From Heterostelium pallidum (Eukaryota): 64,000 nucleotides of DNA. The notes below the pieces were generated by a model, which had not been told where the DNA came from, made no database searches, and saw nothing but the letters and a program-made list of their open reading frames with translations. Below, piece by piece: positions 50,618 to 61,950 of the stretch (within the stretch, counting starts at the first letter, position 1; every line of letters begins with the position of its first letter). Location of the stretch: NCBI RefSeq assembly GCF_000004825.1, contig NW_008805086.1, positions 901,410 to 965,409 on the forward strand. The letters are read 5' to 3'. The position numbers and the translations under genes are program-made.

Positions 50618-52229
50618 ATTTAGTTTGCTTGAATATGTATATACTAATGTTATATTATTATTAATTAACGACTTTTTTATTTTAAAATAAATTTTTTTGG
50701 ATTGTGATTTATTTATTTCCCTCCAAATTTTGAACTTTTTTTAAATCAGTTAATTAATTTTACAACCAAAAAAGTATAAATAATCTTAGTTTATAAATAA
50801 ATAAAGTCGGTTTATCTATTATTATTATTCTTATTGTATGGATGTGGGAATAAAGTCAATAAATTAGATTCTGATGATTCAAATTTGTCGAATGATCATT
50901 TGTGGATTTGAGAAGGACCAACAAAAACACTAGGCTCTTCTATCATTGATATAGATATAAAGTAAAAGATAATCTACACAATCAAACTTTCACCACCTCA
51001 GACTTTACATAGGTCACAATCAAAGGTTCCATGAAAATAATACACATAAATATATGATGATTGGTTTTTTTTTTTTAGTTTTAACAAGTTAGTTTTTTTT
51101 TTTTTTGTTGGGGGTTCCACCATAACCAGTGTGTTTGAAAAAAAGCTATGTGGTTGGGTGATTGTTTTTTTAGGGATTTTTGAATTATTGGCCTACGATA
51201 ATATGATTCTGGCACACATTTTAGAGTGATCGAGCTTCGTTAATTATTATTTTATTTATTTTTTTTTAATTCCATTATAATAAATTTTCACTTTTTTTTT
51301 TAATAACGGCATTTTTTCAAAATTGTTCCCCATATTTCACTCATTTACACTCCGCTTCTTTATTATTTAATATATATTTTTAATTATATATATATTTATA
51401 TTTATTTATTTTCATATTTATTTATTTAAATTTAAAGGTAACATATCATATTAATAATTTAATTTTACACTTTTTCAAAAAACAAAGAACAACAACAACA
51501 ACTTTGATCAGAAATAGCTTTTAAAGAATTCAAATATAATTATGAGCACTCATATAAAAAAAAAACAAAAAATAATAACACACACACACACACCACTATT
51601 TATCAATATATAATAACTCAATCACGACTGTTGTTTGGTGTGAATATATATTTCTTTTTTTATTCTTCACAGCATCTTCATTCATTCAATATATTACTAT
51701 TGGTGTGATGAATTTAAAATGATTACAGTTTAGTTCATTTTCATACTACTACTATTACTATTGTTATTATTATTATTATTCACTTTCACACCATCTAAAA
51801 TCATTATTGGATTTACAACATAACCAGCTCAGTATTAATAATATTATTTATTGGTGTTAATCTCTGGTGCTCTTGAAAATTAGTGTTGTGCTATTGTTTT
51901 TTTTAATTTTTGTCGAAACAAAATTAATTTTAATTTTTTTTTGTTTTTTGTTTTTAATCTCTTCATAATAAATGAATGAACCTTGATGTAACCTTCTCTT
52001 CAAATCACTTAATTTGCACATTTATTGCTTGTTATATTAATTTTTATTCATACACATTAAAAATAAAATAACAAACCAGCATCAATATTAAAATTTAATA
52101 TATATTTATTAATCAATCTTTTAAAATTCATTCAATATAAATTATAGTTATAATCTAATTTAAAATTTAATTTATAGTAGTATTAGTATATCAATTAGCA
52201 TCTTATAAAATAAAAACTAAACAAAAAAA

Positions 52230-53018
52230 ATGGTAGATACATCAGATCTCCTTCCAAAGACCCCAAGATACTTGAAGGTCCCCTTAATTATTTTAAATGC
52301 CATCCTCTGGGTATGTAATAATATAATATTAACAAATAAACATTAGCAAATCTGGCTAAAAATAAAAAAACAACAACAAATTACTAATTATTTTTTGAAA
52401 TTATTTTTTAATTAATCTTTATAGATTTTAGGTATTGTTTTGATTGCATGTGGTGGTTTTGCACTCTCTAAATTGTCACATTTGGACGATATTATTAATG
52501 TTTCATTGCCAGCCGGTATCATTGTTATTGGTGTCTTCTTTTTGGTGTTGACATTCATCGGATGTTATGTCGCCTACAAGGAGAAGTTGGTCGGTCTCGT
52601 TTTCTACACTGTCTTTATGTTGGTTCTTTTGGTTTGTTTGATCGGTGTCGGTGGTGGTGCATTCACCTACCGTAACAACGTCGAGAAGCCAGTCGGTATC
52701 GCCTGGTACAAGGCCACCGCAGACGAGCACAAGATCGCCGAAGATTACTTTGAATGCTGTTGTTGGGATCTCACCAAGCCAATCAATGAGTCGTGTGGTA
52801 CATCGTGTTATACTATCGATCCAATCAACAACCAAACTATTCGTGTTGACGGTAAGCCATACTGCAACCAAACCATCACTGAATACATTCAAAAGAATCT
52901 CTATGTTGCCGGTGCTGCTGGTGTAACCATCGGTGTCATTGAGTTTGTCTCTATGTTGTTCGCTCTCTTCTTGATCGTCCGTATCTGCAAGAACCCAAGA
53001 TCAAAATCATACGATTAA
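52230..53018 (+). CDS. tetraspanin; exons 52230-52310, 52425-53018
   Basis: Four TM helices. The large extracellular loop has CCC...C...C cysteines (ECCCWDLTKPINESCGTSCYTIDP...KPYCNQTI) and two N-glycosylation motifs. The short cytoplasmic tail is CKNPRSKSYD. GTATGT..TTTATAG intron. Confidence 0.8.
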
Positions 53019-54416
53019 TATTTTTAATACATCCCCAAAAAAATTATAAATAATAATAACAAAACACATACACAATCACTTTCAAAAAAAAAAAATAATA
53101 ATAAAACTTTTTTAACAAAAAAAAAAACAAAAGTAAATAAATTTAAAAATTCCTAATATCAATTAAATAATTATTTATTTTTAGAAAATATGATATTAAT
53201 AAATAAATATAAAAATAAATAATGGGTCATTTAAGATTTTATTTATAATCTTTTAAGTTTTTAATTAATTTAGAAATTTGATGGATAAGATCATGATTAT
53301 GACTAGTCAACACCAAAATTCATTGAAAAAATAATAACATCATGATGTTTGACAGTGATAACATAATCTTACTTTTTTTTTTCATACGTAGTAATTCAGT
53401 TTATTGTATGAGTCAAAAGAATATTCTTTATATTACCAAAAAAATAATTCACTCGTCATAACGGGATTTTTGCAAAAACCTATTTTTAATTAATTATCAT
53501 TAATTTTTTTAAATCTGCATGCAAATTTGGAAATTTTTGTTTATAAAAGTATTTTTTTCGCATATTTTTCAAACTTTGTATTGTTATTATTTCATTTATT
53601 TCTTATACATATCTATTTTTTATGTTTTTTTTTTTTTTTTTTTTTGAGATCTTAATATCATATCATATTTTTAAAAAATTAAGGACCCACACAATATTTC
53701 TCAACATATCTTTAAATCTTACTATAGTTTCCAATTAAAGTAATACGACGACTTTTCACAAAACGGAACAGTGACACCAATCAACAAAAGAAGGCCCTAA
53801 ACTCACCAAAACTCCGAGTGATCCGATCCAATTAAAGTCAAAAGTAAGTCTAAATTCTCTCTCTTTTTCAAAGCAATTTTGAAAAAAAAAATACCCTTTC
53901 CTATTTAAACAGTCTTTCTCTTTTCAAATTAATATTTTATTTATATCTATCTATATCCCTATTCAATCCTTATATTTATCTTTTTTTTTTAAATAATTAT
54001 TTATTTCATATTTTTTATTAATTATTAATTATTAATTTATTATTAACGAAATTAAATAATAATCTTTAAATTTACTACCAGTTAATTAATTCAAAAACAT
54101 AAATTTCTTCAAAAAAGTGATTAGCAAACTTAATATAATAAAGCCAACAGCCAACATCAATATCAACACTGTTTATTGTTGTCAAAGATATTTCGGCAAT
54201 ACATCAAAAAAGAATAATAATAATAAATCACAGAGAGAACTACAAACTTATTCACTTTTAGATAGAATTAGAATAAGTAATACTAGTGGTAGTGGACATA
54301 GTAATCATAGTAAAAATCAAAAGTTTAAGATATTACATAACAATAACAATAATAGTAAATCAACAGTAGAGGCGTCAGCAAAGAGTTATTCAGATTACCA
54401 AAAGCTATTAGAAGAG

Positions 54417-55536
54417 ATGTCATCGTTCAACATTCAAAATATTAGAAATTTCAGATGGGTCAAGTCGTCACCCGACGAATTAGAGTCGGCAGAGAAGAAG
54501 ATGCTCGAGGGAATCACTACTCCCTACGAACAATCGTTGGTAAAGGTTGGTGATGAATATGTAAATACAATCAAAGCTGGTTCTGGTGACCCATTGGTAT
54601 TGATTCATGGTTATGGTGCCGGTGTTGGTTTTTGGTGTGCCAACATCGATGAGTTGGCTCAACATTATACTGTTGTATGTATCAGTCAATTGCTGATTGT
54701 TATGTTATTACTCTAAATATTAATATGATTTATTTTTAAAGTATGCAATTGATTTAGTTGGTTTTGGTAGATCATCAAGACCGGATGTTTCATATTTGAA
54801 GACACCAGACGAAGCAGAGGAATTCTGGACCAAATCGATTTTAGATTGGTCAGAACAAATGGGTCTAGAGAATTTCAATCTTCTCGGACATTCACTAGGC
54901 GGTTACCTATCCGCTAGCTTTTCATTAAAGTACCCAGAGAAAGTAAAAAAGTTGGTGTTGGCCGACGCCTGGGGAATCCCACACAGACCAACCGATTTCG
55001 AAGACAAGATCCCATTGCCATTGAAGCTGCTGGGCAAGGTGATCACACCCGATGTACCATTGGCACTGTTGAGAGCATGCGGTCCACTCGGACCCGATTT
55101 AATCTACAGATTCCGTCAGGATCTACTCATGAAGTTCTCTGGACTCTATCCAAACGACGACCTGAAATTCAATCCTCTCAATCCTAATCGTGTTGCACAA
55201 TATATCTATCACACCAATGCACAGTCACCGGCAACCGGTGAGTATCTCTTCAAGTTGCTATCGCTTCCTTTCGGTTGGGCGGTGAATCCACTCATCGACA
55301 GAGTCAAAGCAATGCATCCCGGAATCGATGTTACCCTTCTCTATGGATCAAACAGCTGGATCGACCACAGCTCCGGTCATAAACTCAAAGAGGAAATGAA
55401 AAACATCAAAGATATCGTTATCATCGAACAAAGTGGACATCACATCTATATAGATAATCAAAATCACTTCCATCAATCAATAGTCAACGCTATCCCAAAG
55501 AAAAGAAGAGATGAATTATTTGATACGACATTGTAA
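54417..55536 (+). CDS. alpha/beta-hydrolase ABHD4/ABHD5 (CGI-58)-like protein; exons 54417-54674, 54742-55536
   Basis: ...WVKSSPDELESAEKKMLEGI...PLVLIHGYGAGVGFWCANIDELAQHYTV | YAIDLVGFGRSSRPDV...LLGHSLGGYLSASFSLKYPEKVKKLVLADAWG...GHHIYIDNQ aligns block for block with human ABHD5, including the nucleophile elbow (here GHSLGG) and the C-terminal HxxxxD motif. Coordinates start at the first ATG. The alternative-start ORF 54117-54416 is in frame and N/K-rich, so it could be a 5' extension if an upstream exon supplies a start. Confidence 0.8.
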
Positions 55537-55802
55537 ATATTTAATGTAATATAAATAAAAATAAAACATATATATATTTAAACATATTATAATAATAATA
55601 ATCATGAGGTAATGATTTATGCATTCTTTCTTTTTTTTTTTTTTTTTTCTAAATGATTGCCGATAAGAAATAATTAATAATCAGTTTTTCAAATTAAACT
55701 GTCAGTAAAATATAATTATGTAATTACACCTAGGTGATTATTAGACTATAGAGTAGTTGTTCTAATTATCTTGTGTACAACATTTACTTATTTCTATTAT
55801 AT

Positions 55803-57827
55803 ATGTCAAATAGTATAGCAGATCTACCAAATCATTTATTAAAGAAAATAGTTTTAAATGGTCTTTCAAATTTAGATTGTGTATGTCCAAATTTAGTATG
55901 TAAGAAGTTGTTTGAGAATAGAGAGAAGTATCTTTATTTGACTTATCTCTTTCAAGTGTCATTAAGAAATGTGAAACACAGATATGTCTAAAGTCTTATG
56001 CCAATATTTTACAGAAAGGTGTAGAGTTGAAATCATTCAACAATGAGTGCATAATGAAGTTGTTCAGTACACCACCAGATAAAGTGAGTGGATTTGAACA
56101 AACCTATGATTATATAGATTCATTTGGTAATAATATTATTATTATTATACCATATCAAAACATATATATACTAACAAGTTTTAATAATTTTTTTTTATTT
56201 CTAATAAATAAATAATTATAAAGATAATCCAAATATGAAGATACCTAGTGGTGTAAAGAATTTGACTATTGCTGGAGATGGATTCGGTCAGTTACCTGAT
56301 CTCTCGATGTGTAATGCTAGATCGATCGTTCTCTTTACTGGTGGCGTTTTGGAGATCAAGAAAGATACTCTACCAAAGATGCTGAAATCTTTATATCTCT
56401 CATCTACGCTGCAAGACAACTTAGAGCCCGGGATATTCCCTGATGGCATTGAAGAGATTAGCTTTGCAGAGAGCAATAGCCAGTTCTACCAAGCAAACCT
56501 CTTCCCTATCGGTTTGAAAAGACTGTGTCTGCATTCAAACAATATCGAACCATTCACTGATGGATCACTGCCATCTACTCTGGAGAGTCTCGCCATTGAT
56601 TTAAATTGTTTTCTCTCAAATACCAAGTATCTTAAACACCTTGGTTCTTTAAGTAGCTTAACCTTTTCCTATAATACCGGTGCACCTTCGGATCCAACTA
56701 AACTAAGAGGCGCACTCAGCTGCTTTGCAAATCTATCATCAGTATCATCTATTCCCTACAAGTATCTTTGTTATTTACCAAAGACACTAAAACGGCTCAC
56801 TCTCTGTGAGGATGAACTCGATGGAATAACCATTAAAAGTGATACATTCCCACCTTCACTTACTGAGCTCGATATGTTAGAGGTAATGGATTTCAAAATA
56901 GAGATTGGTAGCATACCTGCATCTGTTCAAAGATTATCAATACGAGTGGATCACCAGCTCAAACCTGGAATGTTACCGGCGTCACTTATCGATTTGGTGA
57001 CAAAGGCATCCAAAGAAGGTGAAGCCTCATCCTTCTTTCTCTTGGCTGCTGGTTTGGGTGCGATTGGTTTCGGTTCAACAGCAGCGGCTGCCTTCTTGGT
57101 GGTTGCCTTCTTTGGCATCGCAGGCTCATAGTCATCATCATCATCGGAATCCAAAGTCTTCTTCTTGGGAGCAGCTTTAGCTTTTCTGGTTCTTGGTAAA
57201 GCTGTCTTTCCTTTGACAGACTTCTTGTATTTGTCTCCTTTATCTTTAAGTCTTTGATCCTCTGCGTCTTGTTTCTTAATCACTGCCATGACGAATGTAG
57301 ATACATTCGTAGTAGGATCATTGCCTAATACTCTAAAGAGTCTGGTGTATCATCCCTCCATTACAGTACCATCATTGAAACCATTGGTATTGCCTAACTC
57401 TCTCGAGGAACTCACACTCGGATACCTCTGTAAATCTAATCTCAAGCCGAATGTGTTGCCACCTAATCTTAAGAAGCTCTCATTGTTATGTAAATATAAA
57501 GTTAAATTACCAGACCCTGCTGTATACCCTTTATCGCTAACAGAATTGGATTTGAAATCTTCAATATTGGTTAGAGACGATCAACACCAATCCACACTAA
57601 AGCCAACTGATTATCCGGGATTGAGTGTTCGACTTGATCCAAATTACTTTATCAAAAACACACTGGAGAGCATACCACTTCAAATCACGACAATAGATCT
57701 TACCAGTATAAAGCTAAGAAGAATCAAAGACAATTTATTCATATGTATATCAGGTGGATTCATCAACAATACAAAGCAACTTAGAAATCATTTGTCATTA
57801 TTAACTAAAAATAAAATAGTAATATGA
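55803..57827 (+). CDS. FNIP-repeat protein (Dictyostelium-type LRR-like repeats) with F-box-like N-terminus; interrupted by a 285-bp duplicated top2 segment (56993-57276)
   Basis: N-terminal MSNSIADLPNHLLKKIVLNGLSNLDCV. FNIP-type units recur: IPSGVKNLTIAGDGFGQLP, LPSTLESLAIDLNCF, GMLPASLIDL, GSLPNTLKSLVYH, LPNSLEELTLGY, LPPNLKKLSLLCKY. As sequenced the ORFs are 55803-55991, 56027-about 56131, 56235-57131 and 57288-57827. The 5' intron positions are tentative. Confidence 0.5.
56993..57276 (-). repeat. about 99 percent identical duplicate of the first 285 nt of the top2 terminal exon (copy 1; partner at 62329-62613)
   Basis: On the minus strand it encodes KQDAEDQRLKDKGDKYKKSVKGKTALPRTRKAKAAPKKKTLDSDDDDDYEPAMPKKATTKKAAAAVEPKPIAPKPAAKRKKDEASPSLDAFVTK, and ORF 56951-57289 starts from its own ATG at the junction. 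It differs from the top2 copy by one C-run length and by cttcttctt versus ctttttctt. Confidence 0.85.
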
Positions 57828-57971
57828 ATTTACTCTATTTGTTTTTATTTATTTAGAATCTCTCCTGATTTATCTTTTGATATTTGGCGAGTGGGAAATG
57901 TGGGTGATCAGATGGTAGAAAAAAAAAAAAAAAAAAAAATATTTACAATTTTTTCTAAAAATTAAAATCAC

Positions 57972-58658
57972 ATGTTTAGAATGATAAGTAGTATTGGCAA
58001 ATTATCACATGTTAGAGGAATTATATTTGATCTAGATGGCACCCTTACAAAGCCGATAATGGACTTCAAAAAGTTAAGGAGTGATCTCGGTATTACTACT
58101 CCAGGCGTCGATATTCTAGAGGTTATCAAGACGTGGAGTCACGAGAAACAAGTGGAAGGACACAAAATCATCTATGATTTCGAAAGAGAAGCGTCTTTGC
58201 GTTTAGAGTTTCAACCGGGCGCATCGGCTTTGATGGATACTCTCGAGCGACTAAACATAAAGAAAGCGATTCACTCACGTAACTCAATAGAGAACATCGA
58301 GTACTTTCAAGAGAGGTTTGGATATACATTCTCACCGATAGTCGGTCGTGAGATTGAACCAAAGCCAAGTCCAGCAGGTAGTCATCACATTGCCAAGCAC
58401 TGGCAGATGCAACCCTCTGAGATACTGTTCGTTGGAGATTCTCAAGATGATATGCGATGCAGCCGAGCATTCGGCTCACTAAGTATTCTTTTGTTGAATT
58501 CATCCAATAAGCATTATACAGAGCTAAGCGACATCGCCATCGAAAGTCTATCAGAGTTATCGGAGGCATTGGAGCAATCTTTTAAAAACAAACAAATAAG
58601 TAATAGTACATCAACAGAAAATAGTAACTTGTCAAATAGTAATATATCAGTAAACTAA
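57972..58658 (+). CDS. HAD-superfamily hydrolase (phosphatase-like), single exon
   Basis: Motif I IIFDLDGTL, a cap region, motif III K, and motif IV GDSQDDMRCSRAFG. Confidence 0.8.
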   Translation: MFRMISSIGKLSHVRGIIFDLDGTLTKPIMDFKKLRSDLGITTPGVDILEVIKTWSHEKQVEGHKIIYDFEREASLRLEFQPGASALMDTLERLNIKKAIHSRNSIENIEYFQERFGYTFSPIVGREIEPKPSPAGSHHIAKHWQMQPSEILFVGDSQDDMRCSRAFGSLSILLLNSSNKHYTELSDIAIESLSELSEALEQSFKNKQISNSTSTENSNLSNSNISVN

Positions 58659-59903
58659 TAAACATAGTATTAGTAATTTATAACACAAAACAAAGTTAAA
58701 CATTGATTTAAAATTTTAGAAATCAATCGTCTTTAAGATCAAATATAAATCCAATATTGATAATAAGTTTAACTTGTAAACAACACACAATCTATTAGAT
58801 GGCGGATGAGCATCTAAACTAAAAGAGATTATAGAGATAATTATTTTTACTGCTCAAAAGTGGTCTCAAAATAACATTTGATTATGATAATGCTTTCTGG
58901 ATGTGTTTATTGTATGATAGATGTACATAATATCTCATATTATATTCCAAAAAATACACTTTTGTTCATTAGAGATAGAGTTTCGGACCTAGTTCGTTTC
59001 CTCTTGATTGTAGATTTGCAGCAAAGATCTTATTAATAGTTATTAAGTTTTCATTTAGTTAGTATTTATTTGAACTGGTGAGTTACAATTTTAGAGGATA
59101 TTGATGATTAAGAAAATGAGTTGTGTTTTGTGTTAATAAAACCTTCCACATTTTGAGATATCAAATGATGTAACTGATTGTTTTAGCCCATCAATTTGTT
59201 TGATTCAGTGAATGAAAACGATTGGTTGATATTTTCAGCAATGTTATAATTAATCAAAAAAAATAAATATGAATGCAAAGTATGTAGGAGACATAATATA
59301 GTTAATTCTTTGAATTCAAGTTGCAACCCATCGACAACCCATTTTTGTATATTATTGTTTTTTGAATAATTCCCCAAAACATTACCTCATATCAAGTGAT
59401 AAAATATCTAAAAAAAAGTTATAAATAATTTTGGTGATGAGCCGATAATTAGAACCATCACCTTTTTTTTCACTAAAAAAGATATTGGATAAAACCAAAA
59501 TTAAAAAAAAAAACAAATTGGTTTATTTAATGCAATTTACATCTATACCCTGCAAGATGGGGTATCAGTAAGTATCGATTCAATTCCTAAACAATCAACT
59601 TTGGAATGATTTCAGAAGATAGAATCATTGCCATCATAATTGATCAGTGTACTTTTGTGGTGTAATGATTGAACGATATGACGTCGAAGATTAAATAAAC
59701 ATAGCAATAACAAACTAAATGAGATTATAAAAAAACCTTCTTAAAGAACTGGACACCAACAAAGAAAATGGGGAATACTGAAGATAGATATTTTTAGGTT
59801 AGGAAGGTTTTTTCTGTTTTGAAGAGTTGTTTGATTGGATTATAAATAGAACCATTCTTTCCTCATTCAATTCTTTCATTAATTCATTTATATATATATA
59901 AAA

Positions 59904-60834
59904 ATGATGTTCAAAAAAACAATTATTTGTCTTGTTTTTACTATTGTTTTATGTTTGTCTTGGTTGAGTGCAGCCAATGCTTTGACTCAAACAGCCAAGC
60001 AAGTCGCAATTTCACCAGGTTCCTATATGTGGTATTTGGAGTATCTTCCACCAACTTACTCTGCGACAGGACCAAATAAATCTCCAGTCCTTATTTTCTT
60101 ACATGGTGTTGGGCAAAATGGAGACGGATCACAAGGTGCCCTTCAAATGCTTAAGGATGCTGCAGGTTCTCCTCCATACATGATCGACAAGAATACATGG
60201 CCAACTACTTTCTCTTTCATTGTAATATCACCACAAACCTGGGGTTGGTGGGATTCACCAAAAGTAAGTTAATAGCTGTTAGGTTTATCATTATAGAAAT
60301 GTATTAATTTTAATTTATATTCTAGACTGTTCCATTAATTAATCAAATTGGAGCTTTATATCCAGGTGCCGATATTACAAGAGTCTACTTAACTGGTCTT
60401 TCCATGGGTGGAGCAGGAGTTTATGATACCATGCGTCAAAGTAAAGCTGTTTGTGATAAGTTGGCTGCGGTTATTCCCATTTGTGGTGCTCAAGGTTTTG
60501 GTGCCAACGATTGGATTGGTCCAGTTACATCAGTAAGTTAAATAAGAATAGATTAAAATTATTACTTTTAAATAAAAACTAATTGAAATCTTTCTTATTA
60601 TAGGGATTGCCAGTGTGGGCTTTCCATAACTCTAATGACCCGACGGTCTCTGTTTGGAATTCTAGAAACTGGGTAAATGGTTTGAATGCTCAAAATATTT
60701 GTCCAGTTGCTAAATATACAGAATATGTTGCTTCTTCTCATGATGCTTGGACTAAAACTTATGATGTTTCACCAACTAATCCAAACAATATCTACTCTTG
60801 GATGCTTTCATACACTACCAACAGAGTATCATAG
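59904..60834 (+). CDS. secreted alpha/beta-hydrolase esterase (PHB-depolymerase / carboxylesterase-like); exons 59904-60263, 60322-60532, 60604-60834
   Basis: Signal peptide MMFKKTIICLVFTIVLCLSWLSAANA. Oxyanion region PVLIFLHGVGQNG. Nucleophile elbow LTGLSMGGAG. Acid/His region VWAFHNSNDP...YVASSHDAW. Two GTAAGT introns, phase 0. Confidence 0.8.
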
Positions 60835-61807
60835 TGGTGGAACTACTTCTACCACAGGAACACCATCAACCACTGCACCATCAACTACAACCACAACCAC
60901 AGGAACACCATCAACCACTACACCATCAACTACAACCACAACCACAGGAACACCATCTACCACTACACCATCGACTACAACCACAACCACAGGAACACCA
61001 TCAACCACTACACCATCTACTACAACCACAACCACAGGAACACCATCTACTACTGCACCATCTACCACTGGAACTCAAACACCAACCCCAACATCAACTC
61101 CAGCTCCAGGAGTTTTCCAAAGAAAGTGGACTACTCCAGCCTCTCCATTTGGTTTCTGGGAGTACAGACCATCAACCACTCCAACACCAGGTATTGGATA
61201 TCCATTAATTATCCATCTTCATGGAGCTGACGGTGAGGGTACTGGTAGTTCCACTGATTTGAACAAAGCAGTTCAGACTTCATTACCAAAGTACATTAGA
61301 ACTGGTGAATGGCCAACTACCTATCCTTTCTTGGTACTTTGTCCACAAAACAATGGTATTTGGGATGCCGGAGTAAGCAATGTAATCAACACCTTGCTTG
61401 ATCTCTACTCGCCAGAGGTTGACCCAACTAGAATTTATTTGGTAGGTCAAGGTCGTGGTGCTCTTGGTGTAGTTCAATATTTGAAGAGCAATGCTACTCG
61501 TATCGATAGAACTGCAGCAATCTTCAATGTTAGAGTTTACACTGATGCTCATAACGCTACCATTGATCTCATGGTCAATGATCACCTTCCAACATGGTGG
61601 TTAACCAACAACGATGATCCAAACTCTGATCCAATCATGACAAAGAACTGGGCTAACTTCTTAAATGCACGTGGTGCCAACCCAGCTGCAAGACTAACTA
61701 TTAACCCATCTGGTGGTGCTGACTCATACACACCAGCATTCAACCCTGCCAACGCTGACCCAAACAATGTTTACAATTGGCTTCTATCAAAGACCAATGT
61801 TAGATAA
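60686..61807 (+). CDS. paralogous esterase-like protein: Thr/Pro-rich linker + hydrolase-fold domain lacking the catalytic Ser (GQGRGALG); start inferred from an ATG overprinted on the 3' end of the upstream gene
   Basis: The 373-aa ORF starts at a real ATG at 60686, in the +1 frame of the upstream gene's last exon. Its N-terminus MLKIFVQLLNIQNMLLLLMMLGLKLMMF is hydrophobic. A (GTPSTTTPSTTTTTT)n linker follows. The domain PLIIHLHGADGEGTGSS...VGQGRGALG...NVYNWLLSKTNVR* is collinear with the domain of gene 59904-60834. Confidence 0.45.
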   Translation: MLKIFVQLLNIQNMLLLLMMLGLKLMMFHQLIQTISTLGCFHTLPTEYHSGGTTSTTGTPSTTAPSTTTTTTGTPSTTTPSTTTTTTGTPSTTTPSTTTTTTGTPSTTTPSTTTTTTGTPSTTAPSTTGTQTPTPTSTPAPGVFQRKWTTPASPFGFWEYRPSTTPTPGIGYPLIIHLHGADGEGTGSSTDLNKAVQTSLPKYIRTGEWPTTYPFLVLCPQNNGIWDAGVSNVINTLLDLYSPEVDPTRIYLVGQGRGALGVVQYLKSNATRIDRTAAIFNVRVYTDAHNATIDLMVNDHLPTWWLTNNDDPNSDPIMTKNWANFLNARGANPAARLTINPSGGADSYTPAFNPANADPNNVYNWLLSKTNVR

Positions 61808-61950
61808 ACCAAATAATTTTTTAATAAATAAAATGTTATTATTTAAACAATTTCAATTTCCTGGAACGCGGACACTAAAATAATGATTAAATGTGGAATG
61901 GTTGTTTCGAGTTTGATTTTATTTAATATTTAATCTAATGGTTGATGTGT

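Noticed and set aside
59183-59377. 64-aa minus-strand ORF in the spacer before the esterase gene, and ORFs 55762-55962 (-), 58168-58569 (-), 61283-61767 (-), 47409-48299 (+) and 45526-45807 (-)
   Set aside because: They are short, or antisense to well-supported genes. They have no domain signature and AT-biased codon composition. They look like chance ORFs.
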